Positions 1 through 10,379 of a stretch of DNA of 64,000 nucleotides are shown piece by piece. Source of the stretch: Podarcis cretensis (lineage: Eukaryota); NCBI GenBank assembly GCA_951804945.1, contig OX638153.1, forward strand, positions 73,718,001 through 73,782,000. The letters run 5' to 3'. Both the position numbers and the translations under genes were made by a program. The notes under the pieces were generated by a model that had not been told where the DNA came from, searched no databases, and saw nothing but the letters and a program-made list of their open reading frames with translations. The stretch's first letter is position 1; each line of letters starts with the position of its first letter.

Positions 1-1525
1 TGTTGGCAGTGAGGACAACACTCCAAACTTCCTTGGAAAATTCTTGGTTAAAAATCAACAACAGCCACTACAACTTGATGGTTTCCAAGAGATTTCTGAG
101 AAAGTTAGGAAAAGCCAAGCTCATTAAGAGGAGCCAGGAGAGGCAACCCATCACAAATCTGCACACATTTTGCAACCCAGAAAGTACCTCAGCATATTTA
201 ACTTCAAAGTCCAATTGTTTCCATGCTAAGGACAACGTCTTAAGGAAAAAATGTGGTGGCCATGCCAGCATATTGTCATCCTAAAGCTCAGGAGAATGTG
301 ATAAATGGAGGTTGGTCTCTCTCTGATGTCTGGCATAAACAGCTGAATATCAAGCTAAGAGCTATGACCCAAAGGCCTAGATGTGTTTGCTTTTAAAAAA
401 TATGTTGACTGAAATATATTAGGAATGCACAATTAGTTCCCCATGTTATGGGAAATCAATTTATTCACTGGCACAGGATTTGGTTCAGGTACTTGCTGTG
501 AAGTATAATTTGTGATTCATTATGGTGGTGTTTTGTTTTTTTACAGGAAAGTAAATGACCCAGAAAAGATGTATAATCCAGAAGGCAGAATAACAGAAGT
601 GGTGCTCAAGCAACTACAATAGTATTCTTTCAGTATCTCGATGGCTTGATAATATTTTGCCCACTAGAATTAAATCTGTAGGATCCTTGAAAAGGCACAC
701 AGTCATTATTAATTGCAATCTCACTTTTTATGTCAGAAAGTGCAGCACTGGAAGTACCTGTGGTCAAAACACAGCCTTGTTTCATGCTGATCAAAGGGCT
801 TCCTCTCTTAAAATCTCAGCTCAGAACCATTTACATTCCCTGCCTTGCCCTTTTATGGAACCACTTGATAGTACAGCAAGGAAATGTTGAAGCAGCTTCC
901 ATGGGATTTTTAGTGATAAATATTTACAAAGGAAGCCAGTATAAAATTGAGTGCAATTCATTTTATTTGCTTGCAAGATTGCTATACAGTTACATGTTGC
1001 TGCCCTAATCCAGTTATTTGCAGTGGCCTCAGAAGGGCCTCTTCTTCCTTTTTACTTAGGTGGAAACTCTATACAGACATCTTGCACCTGGAACTATCCC
1101 ACCACTGAATTGCAAATAAGTAAGCTCCATTTTCACCTTAAAAGTACACAGGGCCCCGGAAAGCAGATTTACTGCAAACTGGATTTCTGGTTTCATTATG
1201 GTACTCCATTTGGGGAATGAGAACACAAACCAAACCCTAAAAACTTGGAGGCAATTCGAATGTTTTCAGCCCTAGGTAAATACCTTTATATTCTTCCCAG
1301 ACTTTCAAAAGGCCTCAATCTGTTTTTTATTTTTATTTTTTAGTGGAATGTTGCTAATATATTTTTTGTTCTTTTTCTATTCCGTGATTTTTGTATCTGC
1401 AGGTACTCACTAGGTTCTCCCCCTATTGCACACTGACACTTACAGCACTCTTACGAAAAAAAGTGCAGGTAATATTGACCATTTTATTTACAAACTGCTC
1501 TGGAAGCTGATGTTGAAGAGCAGTA

Positions 1526-1741
1526 CAGTGGTACCTTCAGGTTACAGACGCTTCAGGTTACAGACTCCGCTAACCCAGAAATAGTGCTTAAGGCTAAGAA
1601 CTTTGCTTCAGGATGAGAACATAAATCGTGCGGTGGCAGCGGGAGTGCCCATTAGCTAAAGTGGTACCTCAGGTTAAGATCAGTTTCATGTTAAGAACAG
1701 ACCTCCGGAATGAATTAAGTTCTTAACCCGAGGTACCACTG
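1526..1741. mobile_element. Tc1/mariner (Tigger/pogo-like) non-autonomous MITE, 216 bp
   Basis: Imperfect TIRs CAGTGGTACCTTCAGGTTA (1526-) and TAACCCGAGGTACCACTG (-1741), flanked by TA on both sides (1524-1525, 1742-1743). An internal TIR-like copy AGTGGTACCTCAGGTTAAG lies near 1660. Confidence 0.85.
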
Positions 1742-1980
1742 TATAGATCTTTCCTAAGAAATACAATATACTAACAAATGAGGAACAAGTAGATTCCATA
1801 TGAATATGCCTATAACAAGTATTCTTTTCTTTTTTTTCTTTTTTACACACACACTCATTTAATCCACAGGTAGGGCTCAGGCAAATCCCAACAACGTCAG
1901 TGAGCATCTTTTGTAGCCATGAGAGAGGCAGGGGTCAGCATACACAAGCATGTGCAACACTGGTGCTGGGATGAGCCATA

Positions 1981-2291
1981 AAGGTAATTAGGTCCAGTCG
2001 TGGCCGATTCTGGGGTTGCGGCGCCCATCTCGCTTTATTGGCCAAGCGAGCCAGCATACAGCTTCCGGGTCATGTAGCCAGCATGACTAAGCCGCTTCTG
2101 GTGAACCAGAGCAGCACACGGAAACAGCGTTTACCTTCCCACTGGAGCGGTACCTATTTATCTACTTGCACTTTGACGTGCTTTCGAACTGCTAGGTTGG
2201 CAGGAGCAGGGACCAAGCAGCAGGAGCTCACCCCGTCACGGGGATTCAAACCGCCGACCTTCTGATCGGCAAGTCCTAGGCTCTGCCACCC
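1981..2291 (-). mobile_element. Sauria SINE (tRNA-derived, Bov-B-partnered)
   Basis: The minus strand reads tRNA-like head ...GCCGATCAGAAGGTCGGCGGTTTGAATCCCC and body GCAAGTAGATAAATAGGTACCGCT. It is homologous to the copies at 15414 and 16773. Candidate 6-bp TSD GCCATA at 1975-1980 and 2292-2297. Confidence 0.88.
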
Positions 2292-2297
2292 GCCATA

Positions 2298-2811
2298 GAG
2301 CTATTTAAACCCCAGGTAGGCCCCTCTCATGTCTCTTTGGATTATCAGGGACTGCCCACCCCACCCTTGTTCACCCTGTACTCGATGTCAGAGGGCGTTT
2401 AGGGCCAAATGGGCAAGTGTCTTTAAACAGATGAATTAATCACATTTGGCAGGAAGGTGTAGGAAACAGATGCACCCTGAGGCAGATTCTGATGGGTGTC
2501 CCCAGAGGCCAACTGCTAGGAGCTGTGCGGCCCTTTGCCTGGATATGGAACATATTTGAGGCTAATCTGCCTCACCTGCCTGGAGTTGTAGGGCCCTGGC
2601 TGGGGTCCGAACGAGCTCTCCATGCACTCTAACGGTCCAGGTAAAGGGATCATCGCCCTGTTTGTGTCCTTACTTGGGGACACAATTTGACATCTGATAT
2701 AGTTTGGTTGTCCACACTGTTTATTATCAACGTGGCTGTTTAAATAAAATGTGGCCCATGTTCTACTGTGTGTCTTGTCTCTTCTTTCCTGGTTCCTGGT
2801 TCCTGTCACAA
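2298..2811 (+). mobile_element. Old LTR-like or Ngaro/DIRS-like terminal relic
   Basis: Ends AATAAA-ATGTGGCC...TGTGTGTCTT...TCACAA (AATAAA 2743-2748, TCACAA 2806-2811). This parallels the 3' end of the element at 43358-43451 (AATAAA-GTTGTGGCC...TGTGTCTTT...TCACAA). The 5' boundary is unresolved and may extend left of the SINE to about 1910. Confidence 0.35.
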
Positions 2812-3697
2812 GAGCTTTACTCCATGTAAATTTACACCATGTGGATTTTTCAGAAACATTTCCTTCTTTCAGCAGTGACAGATTGTAGATGAAGCGACTT
2901 CAGTCTAATTTGTGTCACTGCTTGTTTTTTCTTGTGAGCACGCATTGCTTTAGATGGCAATAGATGTATCTCATACTAGGAATGAGTCTGTCAGTGGTGT
3001 TTATTTTCTCCGTTCTTGTTCACCTTCAATATTAAATGGTACCATCTCTGAATAGCAAGATGTTTGAATTCAGAGGACTGTCACAGCAGTCTTAAGTTGA
3101 CAGGAATTCAAGAGGTGGCCACTTAACCTTATTTGAATGAGGTGAGAAACTGGATCTCAAGACTAACAATCAAATTCATTAAAAGGAATTGTACAGTTTA
3201 TGGATATAGCTTTGTGAGGAAGTAGGTTGACTTACAGCTCAAGCAGCCTTGGTGTGAGACCAAGTATGTATTCTGAGTTAAAATAAGAAAACAATTTTCT
3301 CTGTGTTGATAATTTCAGAGTTCCCCCCTACCCTCCATACTAATGAGCTAGAGACGAAGGATGAAATATTGTTTTCACATTTCAGATTATATATGGTGCA
3401 TTTTAGTGAACAAAGATAATGAGGTCTTAATTTGTCAAAAGCTGATCCACATTTAATTGCTGAAGTTAGTTTTAGGGGTGTTTCCGAGTTTTACCATGAC
3501 AACTACTTAAGGGCACTGGCTTCGCACATATAAAGGCCTCAAGTTCAATGTGTGACATTTTGGGTAGTGGACTAGGAAAGGCCCCAATTTGGAAAATTGC
3601 TACCAGCCAGACTACCGATCAAATGGGATGGGATGCTAAATATTTCATTAGAAACAATGTCAGGCTTTAAAAGAATTAAAAGGCATAGGAAAGCCTT

Positions 3698-4077
3698 GGT
3701 TTTTATCCGGACTGTAGAATATGAGGAAGGTTTAACCCCTTCCTCCCCGGCCACTATCCTGATGAAATCTCCTTGCCCCCTGCAGTACTGCTAACTTAGA
3801 GCATGGGGTGATTTTCATCTAGATCAGGGCCGTCCAACAGGTAGATCCTGATCCACTGGTAGATTGTGGTGTGTCCGTGGTAGATCGTGGGACCCTTCCC
3901 CCCCCCCCATGTTGACTTCCCCAAAAAAGCTCAACAACTTTGGTAGGTAACTGCCAGTTTTTTTATAGTGGGAGTAGATCTCAGTCTCCTGAAAGTTGGA
4001 CATGCCTGATCTAGATCATAGCTAAGGAGGGAAAGGTTAACCCCCTACATGCTGTCATCCTAGTGAAAAATAACCCA
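3698..4077. mobile_element. Old palindromic (foldback) non-autonomous element, interrupted by a hAT MITE
   Basis: The left arm GGTTTAACCCCTTCCTCCCCGGCCACTATCCTGATGAAATCTCC is an imperfect reverse complement of the right arm GGTGATTTTCATCTAGAT[insert]CATAGCTAAGGAGGGAAAGGTTAACC once 3825-4016 is removed. Confidence 0.5.
3825..4008. mobile_element. hAT-type MITE, 184 bp
   Basis: Perfect 8-bp TSD ATCTAGAT (3817-3824, 4009-4016) and imperfect 14-bp TIRs CAGGGCCGTCCAAC / GTTGGACATGCCTG. An 8-bp TSD with short TIRs is typical of hAT elements. Confidence 0.85.
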
Positions 4078-5299
4078 TGCTCCTATGTTTACAATTATGA
4101 TTATTAAACTCATTTTAGCTTCTAAAGACACATTTCTAACGACACAGTTGGCTCCAAGTATAACTGTGCTACAAGTACAAATGGTCTCTCATGCTAGAGA
4201 CATTTATTTTGGAAACAAATAATTCAAAAGTTATATTCACTAGAAACTCCATCCTCCCTCCCCCCCCCAAAAAAAAGAAAAAGAAATATTGAACACCAAG
4301 AAGAAATGACAGTTATCTTCATTATCCCCTTTCCAGAGAAATCTGGGTGGCTAGATTCCACTGCTGGAGTCAAGGGGGCTGAGAGGCTGAGCTAGCCAGA
4401 CCTTTGTTCTGCTTTAGCAAGCCATTAAAAATATATACTCAAGTTCTGAAGCACAATCCATAGAGAATTAAAGGAGGGGGAGCAGTATTGGTCAGAAATG
4501 AGAGGCATTTTTCTTCAAGAAATATATTGTTACTATTCAACAAAGTGGATTTTTAAAATAAAAAGAACCATTATGAATCCAACTTCTTTCTAGGCCAAGA
4601 AAACACACATTTTAGCAATGTGATTCATGCAAAAAGACCTTCACAAGCAGCTTAAGCAATTGGCACCCCGACAATTATGTAGACAAATGTGGGCACTATG
4701 GCAAAGGGTGAATTTGCAAAGCTGGTTTCTCAGAAAGCTTCCTGGAAACAGTGGGAACTGGTTGGATACATTGCCATTAAACCATAGCTTAAAATGAAGT
4801 ATGGTTTAATGTGACATGTAAAGTACCAACGTGTTTGAGCATGCATCTTCAGATACCTTGCCCTCCTAGTCAGCAGCAGACCATTTGAAAAGAATAGTGG
4901 TAGGAAAGATAGGCTGTTGTCCTTCCACAGAAATGAGGTGGAGAGAAAGGAGCAAGGGACAGCCTCTCTTAGAGTTCTGCAAATCAGAAAGAGCATCTCA
5001 CTACCACCAGTTCCAACAAACTTTACAGCTCTGGCTCTGAATGCCAAAATAAAAGTATATGCTCATTTTCAAATGCAATAATTTGAGGTTTAATGTTCAG
5101 TGGAAAATGATAAAATAACCATTGCAATTAATTAGAGGGTAAGATGGTTATTTTAGTCATATTAAGCTTCCATTAATATGCTGCAGCAGAACTTTGAATT
5201 AGTTAAATTACCGTTGTAAAATGGCATATTAAAAGTGAGACATGGTATTTGAAATAAAACAGGAATGTACACATAAAATCAAAGAGCCTAAAATTATTT

Positions 5300-6832
5300 A
5301 TCTTTGATTCAAACCTTTTTTTTTATTAAAGTATGAATGCCTTTACATTGCAGAATAGTTTACATACATTGGAAAGCAATAAGCATATTATTTTCAAGAG
5401 GTGCAAGTCCTCCTCAGTATGTTCCCATGATCAATCTACATGCTGTGACACTGATCGCACACGCAGACACACATACACACACTCACACAAACATACAAAG
5501 TTTACATATTCACACACAATGGAACAGACTGCTAGAGCTATCTGCTTTGATTAGCTTTCTTTTAAGGCTTCTGTAAGGTGCCCTCGTGCCCCTAACATTA
5601 CCACGATTTATGAACAAGACTATATGTATAAAGGAGCAGCATTATCTGCAACCTATTAATCAGCACTTGGCCTTTAAACATTATTATTTTTTAAAAAAAG
5701 AAACAAATAAACAACTTTCTCAAGTTATGAACCCTTTCATCTGTGACCAGAAAAGGGTTCTGGAAATATTAGTATGAGGTTTTGAATCACAACAAATAAT
5801 CTGCTTTCAAACCTGATCCCTTTCCACTGTAAGACACCCTGTGATCAAACTGGACCTAAAAAGTGATACCCAAGGAAGTGGGGTCAATATGGACATAGCT
5901 GGTGGCAAGACTGCTGTGGAACTAAGGGTCTCATACCATGCCAGAACTGAGGGAAAGCATATGAGGCAGCTTAACTATTAACTATCCAGGATCTTTATTT
6001 TGAAGCTATTTATATACTGCTTAATTACCGAAGTTTATCATTAATTACCAAATTACAATCTCTCACAATCTTCAGCAGTGGTTCGGTCATCCCAGGCATT
6101 CAAAAACAGTTCACAATCAGGTCCCCCAGCTCCCCAACCTGCCTTCTGGTATCCCTGCAAGTTTGTATTTAAAAACTATAGGGCTAAAGTGGAAAATGAG
6201 TGGCTGCAGGTACATTTAAAAGGTAAAATAAAATAAAATATAGCATATGATTATAGTGTGTAAATATAAGCATCTCTGAATATTCAAACTGTGAAATGTG
6301 AGTTTATGTAGATTTTCAGGCTGTTAATCTAAAAGACTGCAGGTAGCTACTTCAATCTGGAGACGGTCAACAGGATTAGCAGTAGGCCACCAAATTGTAT
6401 TTTCTTCTCTAGAAATGGATCCCATTTGCAACTGTATTAAGACTCTAGCAACAAATCCTAGAGGATTCTATCATTAGAATTGTTCACTTGTTTCAACAAG
6501 CAAAACTGAAATAATTTATTATCTTTATGAGACGAGCCTGAACTGTGAGGGCCAAAATGGGGCTGGAAGCTGTGGCTGAAGGTAAAATGGAAACACAAGT
6601 AAAAATGCTTTGTCACATTTTTAAACAGCAGCAGCAGATTTCAATGTGGTGCAGTTATTATAAAGATGCATATATTTTAGGGAATTTACTGAATTGCTTC
6701 TTTATTTTGAAAAGCTGATCAGTCACATGTTGGGTGCCCCATCACTCCCACATTGAACTGTTGCTTATTCATCTATATACTTCTATTCCCAGGGCCATTT
6801 TCTGCTTTTGCTTAACCAGTAATGAGTTCAAG
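5300..6832 (-). other. PID1: Probable PID1 3' UTR
   Basis: AT-rich stretch largely free of recognisable repeats between the stop codon and the candidate polyA signal. Confidence 0.5.
5322..5327 (-). promoter_or_regulatory. Probable PID1 polyadenylation signal (AATAAA on minus strand)
   Basis: TTTATT on the + strand about 1.5 kb past the PID1 stop, with a U/GU-rich tract downstream on the minus strand (CTCTTTGATTTTATGTGTACATTCCTGTTTTATTTC). Other TTTATT hexamers lie nearer the stop, so the choice is inferred. Confidence 0.5.
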
Positions 6833-7309
6833 TCAGCCATCGTCAGATTCCAGTTCTTGAGACATTTCTTCAGATGAGCTATTCCTGTGGATCCGTCCAT
6901 CACTCTTCATGCTATGGAAAGTCTTCTTAAAGGCCTCCATCATGGCATGAGCCAACTTCTTGGCCTCTAACTTGCTCTCGCACTCTACAGCATGGCAGTC
7001 CATTTGGTAGGACAAATCATCGTTGATCTCCCGATAAACCCAAGCAAAAATGTTTGGGCTGACATTGTGGTCGGCAGTGCAGTAAGCAATACGTGCAACT
7101 TGAAAGGTATCCATGTGGACAGTGGCCTCTCCTTTGAGGTCCAGATGATGAAGCCAAACTTGGAAGGGGCGGATTTCCAGAAGGGCATTAGCTGAGAAGA
7201 TGTCCTCTCTGGCAAGCGTGTGCTTCTTCCACAACTCAATGACTGGTTTCTCCGTGCAACCTGACAAAAACTGCATCCCTGTTGTGGAAACTTTACCCAA
7301 ATATGTAAC
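6833..7309 (-). CDS. PID1: Terminal coding exon of phosphotyrosine interaction domain containing 1 (PTB/PID domain; NYGGF4/PCLI1), 158 aa + stop
   Basis: The translation VTYLGKVSTTGMQFLSGCTEKPVIELWKKHTLARED...FAWVYREINDDLSYQMDCHAVECESKLEAKKLAHAMMEAF...ELESDDG* matches the vertebrate PID1 C-terminal portion as I recall it. A phase-0 acceptor TCTTTTCTTAG|GTT has its AG at 7311-7310. The ORF-track start at 7300 is an internal TTG (Leu), not a true start. Confidence 0.96.
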   Translation of the reverse strand, partial: VTYLGKVSTTGMQFLSGCTEKPVIELWKKHTLAREDIFSANALLEIRPFQVWLHHLDLKGEATVHMDTFQVARIAYCTADHNVSPNIFAWVYREINDDLSYQMDCHAVECESKLEAKKLAHAMMEAFKKTFHSMKSDGRIHRNSSSEEMSQELESDDG

Positions 7310-8124
7310 CTAAGAAAAGAGATAGAAAGGAAATAAAGTTTGTCAACAGAAGTCTTTGGAATTTCAATTTCAACATGTTGTGATCTTTACACAGAACACC
7401 AATAGCATCACTTGAAAATTGTAAACCTATCTCAGCTCAAGCAATTTTTAGCTTGGGATTTTCAAAGTCTAGTTGACGTTGAATTAGAACTACTGAATTC
7501 ACAGTACATCCAAATATTGCATCACCTGACAATTCTATTAAAAAGCTGAATATTCAGCTACTGAGTACATCCATATTAGTTTCGTAATGATCAAAATGTG
7601 CCTATTTTGTCTTCCAATTAGACTTAAGTATGTATCATACAAGAATACAAAGATCTGAAGCAGCATTTTCAAATCTGAACTTACGTCTGCCTATCTTCCA
7701 ATGATTGCTTCTAAATGTAGAAGTACAACAGAAGATAAGCACTCTGTTCCTACTAGCTCTCAAATTTTACTTCTGTAATAGTGCTAAAATAATACATTCC
7801 AAGTGAACTGGTGTAACACAGTGAGTTAATTATACAATGTTGTGCATGTTTAATCCGAAGCAAGGCTCAATGAGTTCAGGAGGGCTTGCACTTATTTGGG
7901 AAGTGTTTTAGGACTGCAGCCTAAGACATGCTTAGTCAGGCATTATGCTTGAACAGGGAATCCTAATCAAAGTATGGGGCACTGAGTGGGAAGGTTTGAA
8001 GATAGTCAAACACACATAGAGACCCCCTTCAAAGCTTCTCACTCAACGTGGGAAGCTCAGAGCAAGCAGGAATGGCATACACAGCTCTATGGTTCCTATT
8101 CATGCTGGTATACGGTGTTCAGAG

Positions 8125-8342
8125 GTAATGCCTATACAAGCTACAAAGAGCTGCAAATCTGAACGCTTGTGGTTCGGTTCTTGTCTCTACCACCAGGTAG
8201 AAACCCATTAGGCAGGTCTCTGGCAAACTGCTCTCTTTCAGTCTCAACAATATGGGGATAATACTCATCCACTTCACAGAGTTGTTATAAAAACCACAGA
8301 ATGGTGTTAAAAGTGCTCTACAGATGCTAATAATTATTATTA
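8125..8342 (+). mobile_element. Old MIR/Ther1-like CORE SINE
   Basis: Degenerate core ATGGGGATAATA...CTTCACAGAGTTGTT and a (TAT)n-like tail. Confidence 0.45.
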
Positions 8343-8429
8343 TGTACATTGTGTTGTCTTTTTCAACATCTCAAATTAAAATATGATCTGTAAAAATAAC
8401 CAGATGGGCAGGGTAGAAATAAATTATTC

Positions 8430-8487
8430 CTACAACTACTACTGCTACTGCTACTACTACTACTACTACCACTACCACTACTACTAC
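8430..8487. repeat. (TAC)n imperfect microsatellite
   Basis: Run of TAC/TGC/CAC triplets. Confidence 0.9.
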
Positions 8488-8861
8488 AGTCCAGTTCACA
8501 ACTCTAAAATATATAGTTTGGAACTAGTTAGTTACAAAGTCGACCTAAGCAGTTGCTTTAGGGTGCCAGAATCTTAGGGGAAACAGTGAAGTAGCAGCAG
8601 ATGCTGCATAGGACAGAGTTCACTGGGAGTTTTGAAAGCAAAGTGGAAAGGAAATAGAGCCATAGCCAGTGCTGGAGGAGCGAGGGTCAAAAAGGGTGAA
8701 AGAGAATGGTATAGATAGAACAGGAGCTGGGCACAGAGATACATGCATGGCCAAGAGTTCTGCTTCATCTCTGGAAGAGGTTTGTGCTGGTGGGAAGTGG
8801 TTGGCATCATTTACCTATCCAGTCTTGGCCAAATTTTGAAATCGTATTCTTTAACAATGAG

Positions 8862-9075
8862 TTACAAAGACTCTCCTCCTGCAAAAGAGGGGAGTGGTTG
8901 TGGGCGGGAGCCGGTCTCCGCCTCAAGCAGGGGGCGTTAGCCCCCTGCCTCCTACTCACCTGGCTGGCGCACCACGCCCACAGGCAGGCACCCAACCAGG
9001 TGCCTTCGAAGGGGTGTGGACGGCAGCTTCAATCGCTGCTGTGCCAGCCACGCAGCCTCACTCTTCATCGTCCCG
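8862..9075 (+). mobile_element. Solo 5'-terminal segment of a diverged Ngaro/DIRS-like element
   Basis: GC/CpG-rich island colinear with 39271-39470. AGACTCTCCTCCTGCAAAAGAGGGGAGTGGTTGTGGGCGGGAG aligns with AGCCTTTCCTCCTCCCAGGAGGGGAGGGGTTGTGATCGGGAG; GCAGGGGGCGTTAGCCCCCTGC aligns with GCAGGGAGCGCTCCGCCCCCTGC; GGCTGGCGCACCACGCCC aligns with GGCTGGCGCCACGCCC. Confidence 0.75.
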
Positions 9076-10124
9076 TCATGAATACGATTTACCAGGCTAT
9101 ATAGCTTTGAACCAAACATGACACTATAATTGTGCAAGTACAGTTAATGTGTTTTTTGGGGTTAAGTAAACAGCAGCCTTTGTGATGCTGGAGTAGTTTT
9201 AGGACCATTAGGGCAGAGGAGGGGGATTTTTATGTCCCTGAAAAAATCCCCTGAAAGGCAAACAACATTTTTGGAGAAGCAATTTTTGTCAGACCACAGC
9301 AGAAGCAGAAAGAGGCTACTATATTAAAAATGTGCACATTAACTGCATTCATGTAATTAGCATAATGTTTGGATTGGTCCATAGATGTACTGCTACTCTT
9401 TTTTATGGGGTCTACTTTTTCCACATCCCAAGCAACTAACTGCTGTAAGAGTTCACTGTAAATTTTCCTTTTCTATTTTTTGGCTTTAAAAAGTTCCTCA
9501 TTATAAAAATAGCTTTGAACAGCAATGTGTTTACATTGTGCAAAATCATTAAATACTAATGTAACATGCAAGGACTCAGCATGAAAACAACTCTCAGAGT
9601 TTCTGCAGGGGTTGTTCGTGTCACATTCAGAGACCCAAATAATTAAGAATAAGCTTACAAAATATTATTGGAAATCCATGCTGGTTCATTCCCTCTCTGC
9701 CAAAATGCAAGGAAATCACAAAATGAAAAGCCTTAAGAAGCCTTCTGTAACGTCACACCTATAAGCATCTTACATTTGGGGCAACACAGGGACCTGCAAC
9801 AGCTAAAATTGTTAACAAGGCTCTGGATTTTTAGTTCCTATCGCTACTCTAATCAATTAAGTTTCCATAGCCTTATGGTGTTACTAAGAGTTCAAGCAGT
9901 TCCCTTCCTGCCCCCTCTGAACAGTCTCACAGATCCTGAAGTTGTTGTAGGTTTCTGAGTCTATAGTTTAGAAAATAAGATAAATCTATAAACTGCCATG
10001 TTTGTAACCTTCAGCTTATTCTCTGCAGAGCCAATCCAATACATTTCATTCTTACACGAGTTACCCAAAAGAAGTTTGATACCACAAACAGCAGTATGCA
10101 TTGGAAGCCTTCTCTGAAATCCAT

Positions 10125-10379
10125 GAAGAAGAAGAAGAAGAGTTTGGATTTGATATCCCGCCTTTCACTCCCTTTAAGGAGTCTCAAAGCGGCTAACATT
10201 CTCCTTTCCCTTCCTCCCCCACAACAAACACTCTGTGAGGTGAGTGGGGCTGAGAGACTTCAAAGAAGTGTGACTAGCCCAAGGTCACCCAGCAGCTGCA
10301 TGTGGAGGAGCGGAGACGCGAACCTGGTTCCCCAGGATTACGAGACTACCGCTCTTAACCACTACACCACACTGGCTCT
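10125..10379 (-). mobile_element. Squam3-type (Ther1/MIR-derived) tRNA SINE with (CTT)n tail
   Basis: The minus strand begins AGAGCCAGTGTGGTGTAGTGGTTAAGAGCGG (A box) and ends CAAACT(CTT)n. It is near-identical to the copies at 31252 and 52168. Confidence 0.88.
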
